From assembly GCF_009914755.1 (NCBI RefSeq), contig NC_060933.1: a stretch of DNA of 64,000 bases. One strand, 5' to 3'. Below are positions 57,501 to 64,000 of this stretch, piece by piece. Origin of the DNA: the human T2T-CHM13v2.0 reference genome, Homo sapiens. The position numbers and the translations under genes are program-made. The notes beneath the pieces were generated by a model. That model saw nothing but the letters and a program-made list of their open reading frames with translations, was not told where the DNA came from and did not search any database. Position 1 is the stretch's first letter. Each line of letters opens with the position of its first letter.

Positions 57501-60500
57501 TTCCATTCCTTTCCATTCCATTACAGATGATTCCATTCCATTGCATTCCATTCCATTCCATTCCTCTGTACTCGGGTTGATTCCATTCCATTCCATTCCA
57601 ATCCATGGCATTCCACTCGTGTTGATTCCATTCTTTCCATTCCATTCAAGTTGAATCCATTCCATTGCATTCCATTCCATTCCACTCCATTCCATTCCAT
57701 TCGGTTCCATTCCATTCCATTACATTCGGATTGATTCTATTCAATTCCCTTACAGTCCATTACATTCCATTCCATTCGGGTAGTTTCCATTGCATTCCAT
57801 TCCTTTCCTCTCCATTCCATTGAACTCGGGTTGATTCCATTCCATTGCATTCCATTCCATTCCATTCAATTCCATTCCGTTCCATTCCATTCCATTACAT
57901 TCGTATTGATTCTATTCAACTCCCTTACTCTCCATTACATTCAATTCCATTCGGGTTGTTCCATTCCATTCCATTCCATTTCACTCCATTCCATTGCACT
58001 CGGGTTTATTCCATTCCATTCCATTCCATTCCATTCCATTCCATTCCATTCCATTCCGGAAGATTCCATTCCATTGCATTCCATTCCATTCCATTCCCCT
58101 GCACTCGCGTTGATTCCATTCCATTCCATTCCATTCCATTCCATTCCATTCCATTCCTTTCCGTTCCATTCCATTCCATTCCATTCCAATCCATTCCATT
58201 CCGTTCCGTTCCGTTCCATTCCTTTCCATTCCATTCTATTCGGGTTAATTCCATTCCATTCCATTCGATTGCAATCGAGTTGATTCCATTCCATTCCATT
58301 CCATTCCATTCCATTCCATTCCATTCCTTTCCATTCCATTACGGATGATTCCATTCCATTGCATTCCATTCCATTCCATTCCCCTGTACTCGGGTTGATT
58401 CCATTCCATTCCATTCCAATCCATGCCATTCCACTCGTGTTGATTCCATTCTTTCCATTCCATTCAAGTTGAATCCATTCCATTGCATTCCATTCCATTC
58501 CATTCCCCGGCAGTCGGGTTGTTTCCATTCCATTCAATTCCATTCCATTCCATTACATTCCGTTCCGTTCCATTCCATTCCATTACATTCTATTCGGGTT
58601 AATTCCATTCCATTCCATTCCATTCCATTCTATTCCATTCCATTTCAATCGAGTTGATTCCATTCCATTCCATTCCATTCCATTCCACTCCATTCCAGTC
58701 CTTTCCATTCCATTCCACTCGGGTTGATTCCAATGTATTCCTTTCCATTCCATTCCATTCCATTGCAATCGAGTTGATTCCATTGCTTTGCATTCCATTC
58801 CATTCCATTGCATTCCGGATGATTCCATTCCATTACATTCCATTCCATTCCATTCCCCTGCATTCGGGTTGATTCCATTCCATTCCACTCCATTCCTTTC
58901 CATTCCATTCCATTCCATTGTATTCGGGTTAATTCCATTCCATTCCATTCCATTCCATTCCATTCCATTCCATTACAATCGAGTTGATTCCATTCCATTC
59001 CATTCCATTCCAGTCCTTTCCATTCCATTCCTCTCGGGTTGATTGCATTCTATTAGTTTCCATTCCATTCCATTCCCTTCCATTCCACTCTGGTTGATTC
59101 CATTCCTTTCCATTCCACTCTAATACATTCCCTCCTATTCCACTAGGAACGATTCCATTCCATTCCATTCCATTCCATTCCATTCCATTCCATTCCATTC
59201 CATTCCATTTCGTTCCATTCCATTCTATTCCGTATCATTCCATTCCATTCCATTCCATTCCATTCCATTCCATTCCTTTCCATTCCAGTACGGATGATTC
59301 CATTCCATTGCATTCCATTCCATTCCATTCCCCTATACTCGGGTTGATTCCATTCCATTCCATTCCAATCCATGCCATTCCACTCGTGTTGATTCCATTC
59401 TTTCCATTCCATTCAAGTTGAATCCATTCCATTGCATTCCACTCCATTCGATTCCATACGATTGCACTCGGGTTGATTCCATTGCATTGCATTCCATTCC
59501 ATTCCATTCCATTCCATTCCATTCCGTTCCATTCCATTTCATTACATTCAGATTGATTCTATTCAATTCCCTTACACTCCATTATATTCCAATCCATTCT
59601 GGTTGTCTCCATTCCATTCCATTACGTTTCACTCCATTCCATTGCACTTGGGTTGATTCCATTCCAATCCATTCCATTCCATTGCATTCCATTCCATTCC
59701 ATTCCGGATGATTCCATTCCATTGCATTCCATTCCATTCCATTCGCCTGCACTCGAGTTGATTCCATTCCATTCCATTCCATTACATTCCGTTCCATTCC
59801 ATTCCATTCCATTCGGATTGATTCTATTCAATTCCCTTACACTCCATTACATTCCATTCCATTCGGGTAGTTTCCATTCCATTCCATTCCATTCCTCTCC
59901 ATTCCATTGCACTCGGGTTGATTCCATTCCATTCCACTCCATTCCATTCTATTACATTCCATTCCATTCCATTCCGTTCCATTGTACTCGGGTTGATTCC
60001 ATTCCATTGCATTCCATTCCATTCCATTCCATTCCATTCCATTCCATTCCATTCCATTCCTTTCCGTTCCATTCCATTACATTCGGATTGATTCCATTCA
60101 ACTCCCTTACTCCCCATTCCATTCCATTCCATTCCACTCCATTCCATTGTGCTCGGTTTGATTCCATTCCATTCTATTCCATTCCATTCCATTCCGGATG
60201 ATTCCATTCCATTGCATTCCATTCCATTCCATTCCCCTGCACTCGGGTTGATTCGATTCCATTCCATTCCATTACATTCTGATTGATTCTGTTCAATTCC
60301 CTTACACTCCATTACATTCCATTCCATTCGGGTAGTTTCCATTCCATTCCATTCCATTCCTCTCCATTCCATTGCACTCAGGTTGATTCCATTCCATTCC
60401 ATTCCATTCCATTCCATTCCATTCCATTCCATTCCATTCCATTCCATTCCATTCCGTTCCATTGTACTCGGGTTGATTCCATTCCATTGCATTCCATTCC

Positions 60501-63500
60501 ATTCCATTCCATTCCATTCCGTTCCATTCCATTACATTCGGATTGATTCTATTCAACTCCCTTACTCTCCATTACATTCCATTCCATTCGGGTTGTTCCA
60601 TTCCATTCCATTCCATTCCACTCCATTCCATTGCACTCGGGTTGATTCCATTCCATTCCATTCCATTCCATTCCATTCCATTCCGGATGATTCCATTCCA
60701 TTGCATTCCGTTCCATTACATTCCCCTGCACTCGGGTTGATTCCATTCCATTCCATTCCATTCCATTCGATTCCATTCCATTCCAATTCTTTCCATTCCA
60801 TTCTATTCCGTACCATGCCATTCCATTCCATACAATTCCATTCCATTCAATTCCACTCCGTTCCGTTCCGTTCCGTTCCGTTCCATTCCATTCCATTCCA
60901 TTCTATTCAGGTTAATTCCATTCCATTCCATTCGATTGCAATCGAGTTGATTCCATTCCATTCCATTCCATTCCATTATATTCCTTTCCATTCCATTACG
61001 GATGATTCCATTCCATTGCATTCCATTCCATTCCATTCCCCTGTACTCGGGTTGATTCCATTCCATTCCATTCCAATCCATGCCATTCCACTCGTGTTGA
61101 TTCCATTCTTTCCATTCCATTCAAGTTGAATCCATTCCATTGCATTCCTTTCCATTCGATTCCATTCGATTGCACTCGGGTTGATTCCATTCCATTGCAT
61201 TCCATTCCATTCCATTCCATTCCATTCCATTCCATTCCATTCCGTTCCATTCCATTCCATTACATTCGGATTGATTCTATTCAATTCCCTTACTCTCCAT
61301 TCCATTCCATTCCATTCGGGCAGTTTCCATTCCATTCCATTCCATTCCTCTCCATTCCATTGCACTCGGGTTGATTCCATTCCATTGCATTCCATTCCAT
61401 TCCATTCAATTCCATTCCGTTCCATTCCATTCCATTACATTCGGATTGATTCTATTCAACTCCCTTACTCTCTATTACATTCCATTCCATTCGGGCTGTT
61501 CCATTCCATTCCATTCCATTCCACTCCATTCCATTGCATTCGGGTTTATTCCATTCCATTCCATTCCATTCCATTCCATTCCATTCCATTCCATTCCGGA
61601 AGATTCCATTCCATTGCATTCCATTCCATTCCATTCGATTGCAATCGTGTTGATTCCATTCCATTCCATTCCATTCCATTCCATTCCTTTCCATTCCATT
61701 ACCGATGATTCCATTCCATTGCATTCCATTCCATTCCATTCCCCTGTACTCGGGTTGATTCCATTCCATTGCATTCCAATCCATGCCCTTCCACTCGTGT
61801 TGATTCCATTCTTTCCATTCCATTCAAGTTGAATCCATTCCATTGCATTCCATTCCATTCGATTCCATTCGATTGCACTCGGGTTGATTCCATTCCATTG
61901 CATTCCATTCCATTCCATTCCATTCCATTCCGTTCCATTCCATTCCATTACATTCGGATTGATTCTATTCAATTCCCTTACTCTCCATTACATTCCATTC
62001 CATTCGGGTAGTTTCCATTCCATTCCATTCCATTCCTCTCCATTCCATTGCACTCGGGTTGATTCCATTCCATTGCATTCCATTCCATTCCATTCAATTC
62101 CATTCCGTTCCATTCCATTCCATTACATTCGGATGGATTCTATTCAACTCCCTTACTCTCTATTACATTCCATTCCATTCGGGCTGTTCCATTCCATTCT
62201 ATTCCATTCCACTCCATTCCATTGCATTCGGGTTTATTCCATTCCATTCCATTCCATTCCATTCCATTCCATTCCATTCCATTCCATTCCGGAAGATTCC
62301 ATTCCATTGCATTCCATTCCATTCCATTCCCCTGCACTCGCGTTGATTCCATTCCATTCCATTCCATTCCATTCCATTCCATTCCATTCCATTCCGTTCC
62401 GGAAGATTCCATTCCATTCCATTCCATTCCATTCCATTCCATTCCATTCCATTCCATTCCGGAAGATTCCATTCCATTGCATTCCATTCCATTCCATTCC
62501 CCTGCACTCGCGTTTATTCCCTTCAATTCCATTCCATTCCATTCCATTCCATTCCATTCCATTCCATTCCTTTCCGTTCCATTCCATTCCATTCCATTCC
62601 GTTCCGTTCCGTTCCGTTCCATTCCATTCCATTCCATTCTATTCGGGTTAATTCCATTCCATTCCATTCGATTGCAATCGAGTTGATTCCATTCCATTCC
62701 ATTCCATTCCATTCCATTCCATTCCATTCCATTCCATTCCTTTCCATTCCATTACGGATGATTCCATTCCATTGCATTCCATTCCATTCCATTCCCCTGT
62801 ACTCGGGTTCATTCCATTCCATTCCATTCCAATCCATGCCATTCCACTCGTGTTGATTCCATTCTTTCCGTTCCATTCAAGTTGAATCCATTCCATTGCA
62901 TTCCATTCCATACCATTCCCCTGCAGTCGGGTTGATTCCATTCCATTCCATTCCATTCCATTCCATTCCATTCCATTCCGTTCCGTCCACTCTGGTTGAT
63001 TCCATTCCTTTCCATTCCACTGGAATACATTCCCTCCTATTCCACTCGGAACGATTCCATTCCATTCCATTCCATTCCATTCCATTCCATTCCATTCCAT
63101 TCCATTTCGTTCCATTCCATTCTATTCCGTATCATTCCATTTCATTCCATTCCATTCCATTCCATTCCATTCCATTCCATTCCACTCGTGTTGATTCCAT
63201 TCCTTTCCATTCCATTCGGTTTGAAGGCATTCCTTTCCATTCCATTCCATTCCATTCCATTCCATTGTACTCGGGTTGATTGCATTCCATTGCATTCCAT
63301 TCCATTCCATTACGTTGCATTCCATTCCATTACATTCGGATTGATTCTATTCAACTCCCTTACTCTCCATTACATTCCATTCCATTCGGGTTGTTCCATT
63401 ACATTCCATTCCATTCCACTCCATTCCATTGCACTCGGGTTGATTCCATTCTATTCCATTCCATTCCATTCCATTCCATTCCGGATGATTCCATTCCATT

Positions 63501-64000
63501 GCATTCCGTTCCATTACATTCCCCTGCACTCGCGTTGATTCCATTCCATTCCACTCCATTCCATTCAATTCCATTCCATTACAATTCGTTACATTCCATT
63601 CTATCCCGTACCATTCCATTCCATTCCATACCATTCCATTCCATTCCATTCCATTCCATTCCGTTCCATTCCGTTCCATTGCATTCTATTCCATTCTATT
63701 CGGGTTAATTCCATTCCATTCCATTCCATTCCATTCTATTCCATTCCATTGCAATCGAGTTGAATCCATTGCATTTCATTCCATTCCATTCCATTCCATT
63801 CCATTCCGGAAGATTCCATTCCATTGCATTCCATTCCATTCCATTCCCCTGCACTCGCGTTGATTCCATTCCATTCCATTCCGTTCCGTTCCATTCCATT
63901 CCATTCCATTCCATTCCATTCCATTCCGTTCCTTCCATTCCATTCCATTCCATTCTATACGGGTTAATTCCATTCCATTCCATTCGATTGCAATCGAGTT
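48585..64000 (-). repeat. Satellite III (HSat3) array in inverted orientation, (ATTCC)n on +
   Basis: Continuous ATTCC pentamers with ACTCGGGTTG modules. These are the reverse complement of the modules seen in 1-48584. Confidence 0.97.
62286..62470. promoter_or_regulatory. Cluster of three consensus heat-shock elements
   Basis: nTTCCGGAAGATTCC at 62286, 62396 and 62456. Confidence 0.5.

Noticed and set aside
1-64000. CRISPR-like or repeat-spacer interpretation of the interspersed modules
   Set aside because: The apparent spacers are a small recurring set of degenerate satellite modules at irregular spacing. There are no unique spacers, leader or cas genes.
33000-64000. Whole-window fold-back (mirror) artefact around 48585
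   Set aside because: Sequence either side is not mirror-identical beyond 12 bp, and the closest cross-strand paralogs lie at unequal distances from the junction.
1-64000. Embedded Alu, L1, alpha satellite, HSat2 or telomeric repeats
   Set aside because: I saw no poly-A tails, non-pentameric inserts, 171-bp monomers, ATCATCGAATGG-dominated HSat2 units or TTAGGG runs.

Overview
The whole 64 kb window is classical primate (most likely human) pericentromeric Satellite III (HSat3). It is a (GGAAT)n pentamer array interrupted by the diagnostic CAACCCGAGT-type decamer and a small set of other variant modules. I can support no protein-coding gene, RNA gene, transposon or CRISPR array. All listed ORFs (MEWNG.../IPFHS...) are translation artefacts of a pentamer with no stop codon in any frame on either strand. 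The G-rich strand is on + from 1 to ~48584 and switches to - for the rest of the window. The switch is a single sharp junction with 5-bp CGAGT microhomology and a 12-bp inverted repeat. There is no uniform higher-order repeat. Instead there are nested, irregular duplications (offsets about 0.4-0.7, 1.56, 2.45, 2.8, 3.6, 3.8 and 14.5 kb) recognisable by shared private variants. The most notable items are: (i) about 35 perfect three-unit heat-shock elements (gGAAtcTTCcgGAAt), one base away from the common ATCATCCGG module and patchily distributed; (ii) the complex inversion breakpoint; (iii) every pentamer register shift is -1 mod 5. A chromosome 9q12-type assignment is an inference and needs alignment. 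All counts and offsets were made by eye. I found no evidence of a new protein-based system.
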